NCBI GenBank assembly: GCA_963769025.1
Contig: CAVYKI010000012.1
Span: forward strand, 416,001-480,000
DNA: 64,000 nt
DNA from: an uncultured Verrucomicrobiae bacterium
GTDB taxonomy: Bacteria > Verrucomicrobiota > Verrucomicrobiia > Chthoniobacterales > Chthoniobacteraceae
Direction: 5' to 3'
The notes beneath the pieces were generated by a model that did not search any database, was not told where the DNA came from, and saw only the letters and a list, made by a program, of their open reading frames with translations. Position 1 is the first letter of the stretch; each line of letters opens with the position of its first letter. Made by a program: the position numbers and the translations under genes. Positions 37,322 to 47,402 of the stretch are shown here, one piece after another.

Positions 37322-38761
37322 TCAGGCGAGGATTTGCCGGATCACCTTGCCATGCACGTCGCTCAGCTTCCTGTCGAAACCGTTGTAGTAAAAACCGAGC
37401 TTGTCGTAGTCGAAGCCGAGGATGTGCAGCACGGTGCTGTAAAACTCCCACACGTTCGTCACGTCCTGCACCGCACGGCGGCCGAAGTCGTCCGTCGCGC
37501 CGTAGCTGCCGGGCTTCACGCCTGCGCCCATCATCCACGTCGTGAATGCGTCGGGATTGTGATCGCGTCCGGTCGTCGTCGCCTGGTGCGTCGGCATGCG
37601 GCCAAATTCCGTCGTCCACAGCACGAGCGTGTCTTCGAGCAGTCCGCGTTGCTTCATGTCGGTGAGCAGCGCCGCGGTCGGCTGGTCGAAAATGGGGCAG
37701 TGGCGCTCGTAGTCGGACTTCAGCGTGCGGTGCGCGTCCCAGTTCAGCAGGCCGTCCACGCCGCTGGCGCGCGAGGCGCAGTAGAGGTTCACGTAGCGCA
37801 CCCCGCGCTCGAGCAGACGCCGCGCGAGGATGCAATTTCGCGCATAGCCGACGACCAGCTTGTTGCTGCTGTCCGTGCCGTAGAGGCGGTGGACGTGCTC
37901 CGGCTCGGATTTCAGATCGGAGACCTCCGGCGCGGAGACCTGCATCTTCGCGGCGAGTTCGTACGCAGCGATGCGCGCCTGCAGCGAACTGTCGCCGGGA
38001 TTTGCCGCCGCGTGCCTCTCATTGAGCTGCCGCATGAATTCGCGCGACGCCTTTTCCTCGGCAGGAGAAATGTCCGCCGGCAGCGCGATGTTGCGGATGT
38101 CCTGATGCGCCGCCATCACGATCGCCTGATGCCGCGCGGGCAGAAATCCGTTGCTCCAGTTCGCCTTTCCGTTCGGCGGCTCGCCGCGCAGGTCGGGCAG
38201 CGCGACGTAGGTCGGCAGGTTGTCGTTCGCGCTGCCGAGGGCGTAGCTCATCCACGCGCCCGCGCTGGGAAATCCCTCCTGCACGTGGCCCGTGTTCATG
38301 AACACGCAGCCGGGGCCGTGCGTGTTCGTCTTCGACTGCATCGAGTGGATGAATGCGATGTCGTCCGCGTGCTTCGCCATGTGCGGCAGCAGCGTGGAGA
38401 TCATCTTTCCGCTCTTCCCCGCCGGAGCGAAGTCCCACGGCGGGCGCATGAGGTTCCCATTCTTCCCCTGGAACGACGAAAAGTTTTCCTCGCCCGGCAG
38501 CGGCTGTCCGCTGCGCTTGAAAAGCTCCGGCTTGTAGTCCCAAAGATCGATGTGCGACGCCGCGCCGGGGCAGAAAATCTGCAGCACGCGCTTTGCCTTC
38601 GGCGGGAAATGCGTGATGCCCGCCTCGGGCCGCCAGCCGGGAAATGCCGCGTGGGATTCACGACCGAGCAGCGACGCGATCCCGACGCCTGCGAGGCCGC
38701 TGAAGACATTCCCGAGGAAACCGCGGCGGCCGAGGACGTGCTGGAAAGGGTGCGTGTGCAT
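37322..38761 (-). CDS. DUF1501 family protein (Tat signal)
   Basis: RRGFL, PKAKRVLQIF, YELAAKMQ, ARRLLERGVR, WDAH, TEFGRMP, GRDH. Confidence 0.9.
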   Translation of the reverse strand: MHTHPFQHVLGRRGFLGNVFSGLAGVGIASLLGRESHAAFPGWRPEAGITHFPPKAKRVLQIFCPGAASHIDLWDYKPELFKRSGQPLPGEENFSSFQGKNGNLMRPPWDFAPAGKSGKMISTLLPHMAKHADDIAFIHSMQSKTNTHGPGCVFMNTGHVQEGFPSAGAWMSYALGSANDNLPTYVALPDLRGEPPNGKANWSNGFLPARHQAIVMAAHQDIRNIALPADISPAEEKASREFMRQLNERHAAANPGDSSLQARIAAYELAAKMQVSAPEVSDLKSEPEHVHRLYGTDSSNKLVVGYARNCILARRLLERGVRYVNLYCASRASGVDGLLNWDAHRTLKSDYERHCPIFDQPTAALLTDMKQRGLLEDTLVLWTTEFGRMPTHQATTTGRDHNPDAFTTWMMGAGVKPGSYGATDDFGRRAVQDVTNVWEFYSTVLHILGFDYDKLGFYYNGFDRKLSDVHGKVIRQILA

Positions 38762-38767
38762 GGCGGT

Positions 38768-41638
38768 TCAGTTCACGGTGATGAGTTCGTTCGTGTTCAG
38801 CATCGCGCGGCAGAATGCGCGCAGGCCGAAGCTCTCGATCAGCTTCACGCCACCGGCGATTTCCTCCGCGCCGGCATCGCGCGCATAGCAGAGTGCAAAG
38901 GCGCGGCGGACGCGCGCGGCGGAGTCACCGGCGTCCTTTTCAAGCCGCGCGGCGAGCGCCGCAGCCACGTCGAGCGCGAAACGGTGATTCATCAGCGTGA
39001 GCGCCTGCAGCGGCGTGGTGGTGCTCGCGCGTCGCGGCTCGGAAAATGACGGGTCGGGGCAGTCGAAATCCGTCATCACATCCACGCGCGCGGCGCGTGC
39101 ATTGTGGTGATAGACCGCGCGCCGGTAGGTCTCCGGCCCGTGCGCGTCGAGCGGCACGTAGGTGGCGACATTGTCCTGCTGGTACTCGTAGAGCTTGAAG
39201 CCCGGCCCTCCCATCGTGAGGTCGAGCTTTCCTGCGACGCTCAGCACCGTGTCGCGCACCTCCTCGGCGGAGAGCCGCCGCGGCGGGAAGCGCCACAGCA
39301 GCCGCGAGTCGCCGTCCACATGCGCGGCGGATTCATTCCACGCGGCGCTCTGGCGATAGGCCTGCGAGGTCATGATGAGCCGGTGCAGCGGCTTGAGTTT
39401 CCATCCGTTCGACTGGAGCTGGCGCGCGAGCCAGTCGAGCAATTCCGGGTGCGTCGGCCGCCCGCCCATGTAGCCGAAATCGCTCGGCGTATCCACGATG
39501 CCCGTGCCGAAATGGTAATGCCAGATGCGGTTCGCGAGCACGCGCGCAGGCAGCGGATTGTCCGGCGCGGTGAGCCACTTCGCCAATGCGACGCGACGCT
39601 CACTTTCCGGCGCAGCCGGATCGATGCGGTAGCTCGACTTTGCCCCGTCAAAGACGCTCAGGCTCGAGGGCACCACCGCGTCGCCCTTGCGCTGCGGACT
39701 GCCACCGATGAACACATGGAACGGCCCCGGCGCAGCCCGGTGCGTGCCGACCCACCACACTGGCAGCGGCGGGATCTTCGCGAGTCCCGCATCCACGCGC
39801 GCGAGTTCACGCGTGAGCTCCGCGAGGCGGGCGGAGTCGTCCTTCGACGTGACATGACGCAGCAGCCGCGCCTGCTTGCGGGCGGGTGTGACGGGCTCGC
39901 GATCGCCGGAATCTGCCACCTCCTGCCACTGCTTGCCGTCGAGCGACACCTCGATCCGGTAATCGCCGACGAATGTGGTGATGCCATTGCCCTCCGCGAG
40001 CTGGCGCGTGCGGTCGCTGGAGAAAAACACGCGCGCGATGCGCTCCGGTTTTGCGAGCGTGATGACGAGTTCGTTCCCCGCGGCCTGCCAGCGCTCGCCG
40101 AATTTCCCATCGATCGTGAGCGCCGCCGAATACGCGCCTGCGAAGTCCTTGATCTCCCGCGCCGCGCCGCGCGCCTGCCCGCCGTTTGCGGCGAGCGCGA
40201 CGTTGCGCGGCGTTTCTTCCGCTGTCCACACCTCGAACTCGTCGAGCTTGAATCCCTTCGCCTTCTCGTCGGCCGAATTATTCCCCTCCACCAGCAGCCG
40301 GACGTGACGGGCCTCGACGGGCGCGAAATTTTCCTCGGTCCCGTAGCCGCTCGATTTCGGCCGCGTCCACATCTTCGTCAGCTCGGGCTCGGCGGCTTTG
40401 GCGCGCGCGTCCAGCGCCTTCTTCAAGGCTTCGCTCTCGCCCGCGAGACGCTTCTTTTCCGCTTCCAGCGGCTTCAGTTTTTCCGCGTGCGCCTTTTCCT
40501 CCTCGGCCTTTGCGACCGGGCGTTCACCATGCACGGTCCCGGCGAAAGTGGCGGCCATCGCGTAATAATCCTTTGTCGCCAGCGGATCGAATTTGTGGTC
40601 GTGGCAGCGCGCACAGCCCAGCGTGACGCCGAGGAATGCCTCGCTCGTCGTGCGGACCATCTCGTCCAGCGTGTCGGCGCGGATCTGCGCGGCGGCGAAG
40701 GGATCCTGGTTGCCCACATCGTCGTACGGACCGGCGACGAGAAATGCGGAGCCGACTTCGACGTCCGGCTGATTCCTGCCGATCACATCGCCGGCGAGAT
40801 GCTCGCGGATGAATGCATCGAACGGCTTGTCGTCATTAAACGCGCGAATCACGTAGTCGCGGAACGGCCAAAGGTTCGTGATGATCTGGTTGCGTTCAAA
40901 GCCGCGGCTCTCGCCGAAGCGAACGACATCCAGCCAGTGCCGCCCCCAGCGCTCGCCGTATTGCGGGCTGGCGAGCAGACGATCCAGGAGCGCGCTCATC
41001 GCGGCCTCCGGATCGCGATTCGAATCGGACACAAACGCCTCCACTTCCTCCGGAGTCGGCGGCAGGCCGGTGAGGTCGTACGTCGCGCGGCGGATGAAGG
41101 CGCGCGGCTCGGCGGGCGCGTTGGGCTTCAGCTTTTTCTCCGCGAGCTTCGCGAAGACAAAGCGGTCGATCGGGTTTTCCCGCCACGCCGCGGGGGCGTC
41201 GGTCGCGAGCGGCGGCTCCGCGACGGAGAGCGGCAGGAAGGACCAGAATGTCCGATCGGCTTTCGCCTTCTCCTTGAGGACGAATTTCTCGGGCCATATC
41301 GCGCCGGCAGCGATCCACTCGCGCAGTGCTTCCGCTTCATCGGGTGCGAGCGCCTCGCCCTTCTTCGGCATCTTCGGCTTTTTGCCGTCGTGCGAGATCG
41401 AGCGAGTGAAAATCTCGCTGGCCTCCGGCTTTCCCGGAACGAGGTCGCTGCCGTCGTCACCGCCGGTGAGGATCGCCTCGCGCGTGGTGAGATCGAGACC
41501 GCCCTTTTGGTTGTCTGGCCGATGACACGAGACGCATTTCGCCTCGAGCGCGGGGGCGACCTTCGACCTGAATGAGTCAGGCTCCGCCGCGAGCGCGCAG
41601 CCGGAGCCGAGGAGGAAGATGGCGAGGGGTGCCTTCAT
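38768..41638 (-). CDS. Planctomycete cytochrome c + DUF1549/DUF1553 (PSD1) protein with a discoidin-like insert
   Basis: CVSCH, NPIDRF, YGERWGRHWLDVVRF, CARCHDHKFDP, PTHPELLDWLA, TTPLQAL. Confidence 0.92.
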   Translation of the reverse strand: MKAPLAIFLLGSGCALAAEPDSFRSKVAPALEAKCVSCHRPDNQKGGLDLTTREAILTGGDDGSDLVPGKPEASEIFTRSISHDGKKPKMPKKGEALAPDEAEALREWIAAGAIWPEKFVLKEKAKADRTFWSFLPLSVAEPPLATDAPAAWRENPIDRFVFAKLAEKKLKPNAPAEPRAFIRRATYDLTGLPPTPEEVEAFVSDSNRDPEAAMSALLDRLLASPQYGERWGRHWLDVVRFGESRGFERNQIITNLWPFRDYVIRAFNDDKPFDAFIREHLAGDVIGRNQPDVEVGSAFLVAGPYDDVGNQDPFAAAQIRADTLDEMVRTTSEAFLGVTLGCARCHDHKFDPLATKDYYAMAATFAGTVHGERPVAKAEEEKAHAEKLKPLEAEKKRLAGESEALKKALDARAKAAEPELTKMWTRPKSSGYGTEENFAPVEARHVRLLVEGNNSADEKAKGFKLDEFEVWTAEETPRNVALAANGGQARGAAREIKDFAGAYSAALTIDGKFGERWQAAGNELVITLAKPERIARVFFSSDRTRQLAEGNGITTFVGDYRIEVSLDGKQWQEVADSGDREPVTPARKQARLLRHVTSKDDSARLAELTRELARVDAGLAKIPPLPVWWVGTHRAAPGPFHVFIGGSPQRKGDAVVPSSLSVFDGAKSSYRIDPAAPESERRVALAKWLTAPDNPLPARVLANRIWHYHFGTGIVDTPSDFGYMGGRPTHPELLDWLARQLQSNGWKLKPLHRLIMTSQAYRQSAAWNESAAHVDGDSRLLWRFPPRRLSAEEVRDTVLSVAGKLDLTMGGPGFKLYEYQQDNVATYVPLDAHGPETYRRAVYHHNARAARVDVMTDFDCPDPSFSEPRRASTTTPLQALTLMNHRFALDVAAALAARLEKDAGDSAARVRRAFALCYARDAGAEEIAGGVKLIESFGLRAFCRAMLNTNELITVN

Positions 41639-41671
41639 GCCGATGAGACTCACCAGAGCGCCGTACCGCCC

Positions 41672-42721
41672 TCACTTCAAGCCCATGAGATGCTTGAGCA
41701 CGTGCAACTCGAGCGCCTCGTAGTCGCGCGCGTCGCGGAACTGCTGCACGAGCTTCGCGTCGAGCGTGCGCACCTTCTCCACGAGGTGCAGAAAAAGCTC
41801 TCGGCTGTTTTTCAGATGGTCGGTCACCGGGCATCCGCGCTGGGTGCGGATTGCCTTCACATCGAGCCCGATGAATTCGCCGCGCTGACCGTAGCCGGCT
41901 TCCTCGAGCACGCGGACCTGATTGAACGCCGCGCGCAGGTTCGCGCCGCCGAAATTTTTGTCCTGATCGTATTTGAGCCCGTTCTGGTCGTTCAGGTGCA
42001 CGCTGCCGAGTTTGTCATGCGCGAGCGCGAAGGCCATCTCGTCGCTCGGGTCGAGTCCCGCGAGCAGCGCGTGCGCGCTCTCGATGAGACCCTTCACGCG
42101 CTTGTGATCCTTCGAGGCGAAAGAGAGCGCGATCGCGTGACCAATCGTCGGCACGTAGGCCTGGTCCGTCGGCTCGTTCGGCTTCGGCTCGATCCAGATT
42201 TCGACATTCGGATCGTAGTCAAGAATCGCATTCACCGTTTCCAAAATGCGCTGGTAGGCGAGGCGCGCGTCCTTTGCCTCGCGGATGTAGCTGCCCTCGC
42301 GGGCGAGCCAGAGCACGATGGCCTTGCAGTCGATTGCCCGCGCGATGTCCACGCACTTCTTCGTGCGTTCCCACGCGTAGGCGCGGTCGCTCGCGCTGTT
42401 CGAGGTGTAGCCGCCGTCGGTGGTTTCGTCCGCAAACCACAGCCGCGGCGCGACGAACTCGGGCGTGAGGCCGTGATTGCCGAGCATCGCCTTCACCTCG
42501 GCGGCCTTCTTCGCGATCTGCGCGGGGGATAACGCGTCCATGCCGGGCACCACGTCATCGTCGTGAAACTGCACGCCCTCGAAACCGAGCGGGCGGTAAA
42601 GCGCGAACTTCTCCTCGTGCGGGAAAGCATTGCGTGTTTCGCCGCCGAACGGGTCCGCGCCTTCGCTGATATTCCAGGGGCCGAAAGAAAAGCGGTATTG
42701 GGTGGGTGCGGTGTTGCTCAT
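41672..42721 (-). CDS. Xylose isomerase-like protein (class I-type)
   Basis: FSFGPW, QFHDDD, WLAREG, IEPKPNEP, ESAH, HLNDQ, YDQD metal-binding motifs. Confidence 0.82.
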   Translation of the reverse strand: MSNTAPTQYRFSFGPWNISEGADPFGGETRNAFPHEEKFALYRPLGFEGVQFHDDDVVPGMDALSPAQIAKKAAEVKAMLGNHGLTPEFVAPRLWFADETTDGGYTSNSASDRAYAWERTKKCVDIARAIDCKAIVLWLAREGSYIREAKDARLAYQRILETVNAILDYDPNVEIWIEPKPNEPTDQAYVPTIGHAIALSFASKDHKRVKGLIESAHALLAGLDPSDEMAFALAHDKLGSVHLNDQNGLKYDQDKNFGGANLRAAFNQVRVLEEAGYGQRGEFIGLDVKAIRTQRGCPVTDHLKNSRELFLHLVEKVRTLDAKLVQQFRDARDYEALELHVLKHLMGLK

Positions 42722-42794
42722 GTGCGGAGGTGGTTTTTCAAAGCGCGGGCGACGGGGTTTCTTAGCCGGGAGGCTGCGCTCCGGATCATTTTGA

Positions 42795-42891
42795 AACGCA
42801 GAGACGCAGAGAGGCGGAGAAAAAACAGCCAAAATCTCAATGCACCGTCCGCAGGTGTCCATGCCTCCCCGCCGCCTCTTCAGCTCAGCGT
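42795..42891. repeat. Degenerate palindromic element (ACGCAGAG units)
   Basis: AACGCAGAGACGCAGAGAGGCGG ... CCGCCTCTTCAGCTCAGCGT imperfect inverted arms. Confidence 0.5.
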
Positions 42892-43068
42892 CAATTTCTC
42901 CCTTCCGTCGCAGCGTTCGGCGTTTTCCATGGGCCATCGGCGGCAAGACATCGCGCATGAAACCCGCGCGGACTTGCGCCCAAAGAAGCGCCCAGAATGC
43001 GGCTTGTCACGGGGCGCGGGGCGCGCCGATGCTCCGCACTTTCCCAACCCGAACCGCACCCACACCCC

Positions 43069-44397
43069 ATGAATCCTCCATTCAATCCCACCCGTCGTGA
43101 TTTTCTGAAAACCTCCGGAGCATTCGCGCTCGCCTCGGCGATCATCTTGCCTGACCACGTGCGCGCCGCCGATCTTGCGAAGGACAAAATCAAGGTCGGC
43201 TTCATCGGCTGCGGTGGCCGTGGCACCGGCGCGGCGAACCAGACGCTGCAGGCGGACAGCAACGTGGAGCTCTGGGCGATGGGCGACGTGTTCCGCGACA
43301 AGATTGATTCCTCGCTCGAGATCCTGAAGAAGCAGTTCCAGGATCAACCGGACAAGATCAACGTTCCGGACGAGCGGAAATTCGACGGCATTGACGCATA
43401 TCAGAAGGTGATCGATAGCGGCGTGGACGTGGTGCTGCTCACGACTTCGCCGGGCTTCCGTCCGCAACACATCAAGGCGGCGGTGGATGCGGGCAAGCAC
43501 GTCTTTTGCGAGAAGCCGATGGCCGTGGACGCGACCGGAGTGCGCTCGGTGATCGAGAGCGTGAAGAAGGCAAAGGAGAAGAATCTCGCGCTGGTGGACG
43601 GCTACGTCTGGCGGTGGACGAAGGCGAACCAGGAGGCGTACCGCCGCATTCACGAAGGCGCGATCGGCGACATCCTCGCGATTTATTCGAGCTACTACAC
43701 GGGCGCATCGGACCGCTACCCGAAGTGGAACCGGCAAAACACAAAGACGGATCTCGAATGGATGATCCGGCGCTGGTACTACCACACGTGGCTGAGCGGC
43801 GATCACATCGTCGAGCAGGCGGTGCACAGCCTCGACAAGATGCTCTGGACGATGAACGACGTGCCGCCGGAGCGTGTCATCTGCACCGGTGGCCGCCAGA
43901 CTCGCCCGAACGATCCTCCCGGCGAATACGGGAACATTTACGATCACTTCTCCGCCGAGTACCACTGGGAGAAAGGCGTGAAGGGCTACCACTTCACCCG
44001 GCAGATGGGCAACTGCTACCAGGCGAACACGGACACGGTCATCGGCACGAAGGGCACCTACGAGGGCGAGAGCGGCGGCAAGCGGCACGTCTTTGTGCGG
44101 ACGGAAAACCCGTGGCGCTACAAGGCGCCCGAGGGAATGAAGGACGACGGCTACCTCACTGAGCATCAGGAAATGTATGCGTCGATCCGCTCCGGGCGTC
44201 CGATCAACACCGGCGACCGCTTCACGAAGACCACGATGATGGCGATCATGGCGCGCATGTCGGCCTACACGGGCAAGGAAGTGACGTGGGATTTTGCGAT
44301 GAACTCGAAGGAGGATCTTTTCCCGAAGGACCTCAAATGGGACATGAAGCTGCCCGTCGCCCCCGTGGCCATGCCCGGCTCGACGCCACTGATCTGA
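43069..44397 (+). CDS. Gfo/Idh/MocA oxidoreductase, Tat-exported
   Basis: TRRDFLK, GFIGCGGRG, HVFCEKP, EQAVHSLD. Confidence 0.92.
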   Translation: MNPPFNPTRRDFLKTSGAFALASAIILPDHVRAADLAKDKIKVGFIGCGGRGTGAANQTLQADSNVELWAMGDVFRDKIDSSLEILKKQFQDQPDKINVPDERKFDGIDAYQKVIDSGVDVVLLTTSPGFRPQHIKAAVDAGKHVFCEKPMAVDATGVRSVIESVKKAKEKNLALVDGYVWRWTKANQEAYRRIHEGAIGDILAIYSSYYTGASDRYPKWNRQNTKTDLEWMIRRWYYHTWLSGDHIVEQAVHSLDKMLWTMNDVPPERVICTGGRQTRPNDPPGEYGNIYDHFSAEYHWEKGVKGYHFTRQMGNCYQANTDTVIGTKGTYEGESGGKRHVFVRTENPWRYKAPEGMKDDGYLTEHQEMYASIRSGRPINTGDRFTKTTMMAIMARMSAYTGKEVTWDFAMNSKEDLFPKDLKWDMKLPVAPVAMPGSTPLI

Positions 44398-44428
44398 GCG
44401 GCGGCTGCTTTCCCAGCGACGGCAGCAC

Positions 44429-44872
44429 ATGAAAGGCATGACCGTCGCGCCATTCGTGGACGCGGACCATCGCGACCAGGTGATGGCGCTGTGGAAGACA
44501 GTTTTCGGCTACGACGCCGCGCACAACGAGCCGGGTTTGGTCATCGACCGGAAGGTTGCTGTTGCGGATGGGCTCTTCTTTGTCGGTCTCGTCGGCAGTG
44601 TGGTCATCGGCACGATCATGGCCGGGTACGACGGACATCGGGGGTGGATTTACTCCCTCGCAGTCTCCCACACGCACCGGAGGCAGGGCATCGGCTCCCG
44701 CCTTGTCATGCATGCCGAGCAGGCCCTGACCTCCATGGGCTGCATGAAAATCAATCTTCAGATCATGGAAGGCAACGAAAGCGTCGCGGCGTTTTACTCA
44801 TCGCTCGGTTACTCGGTGGAGAAACGCATCAGCATGGGCAAACGGATGATGGCGGACGTCGCGGGCGTCTGA
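44429..44872 (+). CDS. GNAT acetyltransferase (YpeA-like)
   Basis: MAGYDGHRGWIYSLAV, RRQGIG, KINLQI, FYSSLGY, SMGKR. Confidence 0.9.
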   Translation: MKGMTVAPFVDADHRDQVMALWKTVFGYDAAHNEPGLVIDRKVAVADGLFFVGLVGSVVIGTIMAGYDGHRGWIYSLAVSHTHRRQGIGSRLVMHAEQALTSMGCMKINLQIMEGNESVAAFYSSLGYSVEKRISMGKRMMADVAGV

Positions 44873-44981
44873 GCGCCGGAGAATGCGCGGCGTTGACGGG
44901 CATCAGCCGGAGAGCGGAAAAATTTCCCTTTTGCCAAGAGCGCCGCGGCGTGCCGATACTTCGCCTCCCAATCCCACCACC

Positions 44982-46325
44982 ATGAACCTCCCACGCACTT
45001 CCCGCCGTTCCTTCATCCGCACCACACTCGCAGCCGGCGTCGCGCCGATGTTTCTGCCGGGCCGCATCTGGTCCGCGGATGTGAAACCCAATGACAAACT
45101 TTCCATCGCCCTCATCGGCAATGGCAAGATGAACTCCGGCCATCTCGGCGACTGGATGAGGCGCGCGGATACGCAGGTCGTCGCCGTGTGCGACGTGGAC
45201 ACGACGCGCCGCGAGAACGCGAAGAAGACCGCGGAGGCGCATTACGCAAAGGCGACGGGCACGGACTACAAGGGCTGCGCGGCATTCGCGAATTTCGAGG
45301 ACGTGCTCGCGAGGAAGGACATCGATCTCGTGTGCATCGCGACCCCGGATCACTGGCACGCGTTCATCGCCATCGCGGCGGCGAAGGCGGGCAAGGACAT
45401 CTACTGCGAGAAGCCGATGACGAACACCATCCACGAGGCGTGGACGCTGGTGAAATCCATCCGCGACACGAGCCGTGTGTTCCAGACCGGCTCGCAGCAG
45501 CGCAGCTCGCGGGAATTCCGCGTGGCGTGCGAACTGGCGCGAAACGGGGTCATCGGCAAGGTCTATCACGTCGCGGTCGGCATCGGCGGACCCGGCAAGC
45601 CGTGCGACCTGCCCGAGGAGGCGATGGAACCCGGCCTCGATTGGGATCGCTGGCTCGGGCCCGCGCCGATGCGCCCCTACCACAGCGAGCTCTCCCCGCG
45701 CGGCGTGCATAATCATTTCCCAAACTGGCGCCGCTACTGGGAATACGGCGGCGGCATGGTGACGGACTGGGGCGCGCACCATTTCGACATCTGCCAGTGG
45801 GGCTTGGGCGAGGACGGACGCGGGCCGATCGAGATCAACCCCGCCGCCGAAGCGAACGCCCAGCAAGGCGCGAAGCTGAAGTACAACGACGGCGTCGAGG
45901 TCACGCATGTGTCGGAGAACGGCGTCACCTTCCACGGCGACAAGGGGATGATTTTCGTGAACCGCGGACGTTTCATCCTGAAGATCGGCGAAAAGGAAGT
46001 GGCGAACTACAGCAAGCAGGACAGCAAGCCGCCGCTCGGGCAGCAGCTCGATCTCGTGGAGAAGGAGTACCTCGCCGATGCGAAGGTGAAGCTCGAGGCG
46101 ACGAGCGGGCATAAGGACAACTTCATGGACTGCGTGCGCTCGCGGAAGCGCCCGATCGCCGACGTGGAAATCGGCGCGCGCACCGTGACCACCTGCCATC
46201 TCGTGAACCTCGCCTACCGCCACGGCCAGAAAATCCAGTGGGACCCCGCGAAGCTCGACTTCGCCGGCGGCACCGGGAAAGCGGACTGGCTCACGCGCGA
46301 GTATCGCGGGCCTTGGAAGGTGTAG
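44982..46325 (+). CDS. Gfo/Idh/MocA oxidoreductase, Tat-exported
   Basis: SRRSFI, IATPDHWH, YCEKP, QTGSQQRS, DWGAHHFD. Confidence 0.92.
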   Translation: MNLPRTSRRSFIRTTLAAGVAPMFLPGRIWSADVKPNDKLSIALIGNGKMNSGHLGDWMRRADTQVVAVCDVDTTRRENAKKTAEAHYAKATGTDYKGCAAFANFEDVLARKDIDLVCIATPDHWHAFIAIAAAKAGKDIYCEKPMTNTIHEAWTLVKSIRDTSRVFQTGSQQRSSREFRVACELARNGVIGKVYHVAVGIGGPGKPCDLPEEAMEPGLDWDRWLGPAPMRPYHSELSPRGVHNHFPNWRRYWEYGGGMVTDWGAHHFDICQWGLGEDGRGPIEINPAAEANAQQGAKLKYNDGVEVTHVSENGVTFHGDKGMIFVNRGRFILKIGEKEVANYSKQDSKPPLGQQLDLVEKEYLADAKVKLEATSGHKDNFMDCVRSRKRPIADVEIGARTVTTCHLVNLAYRHGQKIQWDPAKLDFAGGTGKADWLTREYRGPWKV

Positions 46326-46347
46326 CCACGGCTGCCATCCGGCCTTG

Positions 46348-46433
46348 ATCCTCATCTTATTCTTAATCGTAATCCCTCCGCCAGCCGCGGCCGGCGGAGG
46401 GGATTAAGATGGGGATTACGGATAAGATTGAGA
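46348..46433. repeat. Palindrome with ATCTT/AAGAT hexamer-like arms and a GC hairpin; overlaps the nth 3' end
   Basis: ATCTTATTCTTAATCGTAATCCCTCCGCC ... GGCGGAGGGATTAAGATGGGGATTACGGATAAGATTGAGAT, between convergent genes. Confidence 0.7.
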
Positions 46434-47090
46434 TCCCACCTTCACGCCCACGCGCGGGCAGAGCGTCGCGAGTTCGCATTTCGCGCAGTCCGGCTTGCGG
46501 GCGTCGCAACGGCGGCGTCCGTGCCAGATGAGCCAATGGCTGAATAGCGCCCAGCGGTCACGCGGGATCAGCTTCATCAGCTCGATCTCGATTTTCTCCG
46601 GCGTGTCGCTGCGCGTGAGGCCGAGCCTCCGGCTGAGGCGCTGCACGTGCGTGTCCACCACGACGCCTTCGTTCATGCCAAATGCGTTTCCCAGCACGAC
46701 GTTCGCGGTCTTGCGTCCGACACCTGCGAGCTTGGTGAGTTCGTCCATCGTGCGCGGGACTTCGCCGCCGTGCCGCTCGACGATGGCGGCGCAGCACGCC
46801 TTCACGTTTCTCGCCTTCGCGCGGAAAAAGCCGGTCGTGTGGACAAGTTCCTCAAGCTGCTCCTGCGGCAGCGCGACATAGTCGGCGGCCGTCTTGCAGA
46901 CACGGAAAAGCTCCTTCGTCACGATGTTCACGCGCTTGTCCGTGCATTGCGCGCTGAGGATCGTGGCGATGAGCAGTTCGAGCGGCGTCGAATAATCGAG
47001 TTCGCAGTGTGCGGTGGGATACGTGCGCGAGAGAGCGTCGAGAATCTCCAGGGTCCGCGCGGCGCGTGCCGCGGCACTTTCGCGGGCCAT
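46416..47090 (-). CDS. nth: Endonuclease III
   Basis: LIATILSAQCTD, HhH LAGVGRKTANVV, VDTHV, C-x6-C-x2-C-x5-C Fe-S motif. Confidence 0.96.
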   Translation of the reverse strand: MARESAAARAARTLEILDALSRTYPTAHCELDYSTPLELLIATILSAQCTDKRVNIVTKELFRVCKTAADYVALPQEQLEELVHTTGFFRAKARNVKACCAAIVERHGGEVPRTMDELTKLAGVGRKTANVVLGNAFGMNEGVVVDTHVQRLSRRLGLTRSDTPEKIEIELMKLIPRDRWALFSHWLIWHGRRRCDARKPDCAKCELATLCPRVGVKVGSQSYP

Positions 47091-47327
47091 CTACTTTTTC
47101 GGGGCGAGCGCCTCGAGCGCGGCGGCCTTCTGCTTTGCCTCGGCCGCCTTCGGGTCGTCGGGATATTCCTTCGCGAGCGTCCTGTACACCTCGATCGCCT
47201 TCTTCCGGCGCTCCTCGCGGATCGCAGCGCGTTCCTCTTCGGCCTTTTCCGCCTCGCTTTTCTCACTGCATGCGGGGAGCAGCAAAGCCGCGGTGAGGGC
47301 AGTGAGGAGAATGGATTTGCGGGACAT
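47091..47327 (-). CDS. Small lipoprotein with a TPR/YbgF-like helix
   Basis: Lipobox LLLPAC; AIEVYRTLAKEYPDDPKAAEA. Confidence 0.65.
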   Translation of the reverse strand: MSRKSILLTALTAALLLPACSEKSEAEKAEEERAAIREERRKKAIEVYRTLAKEYPDDPKAAEAKQKAAALEALAPKK

Positions 47328-47402
47328 GGAAGGGTGGATGGGCATCACTGCCGGGAGCGACGACGCGGCGGGTGTTTTCCGCATACGCTGGCGGCTGCCA
47401 AG

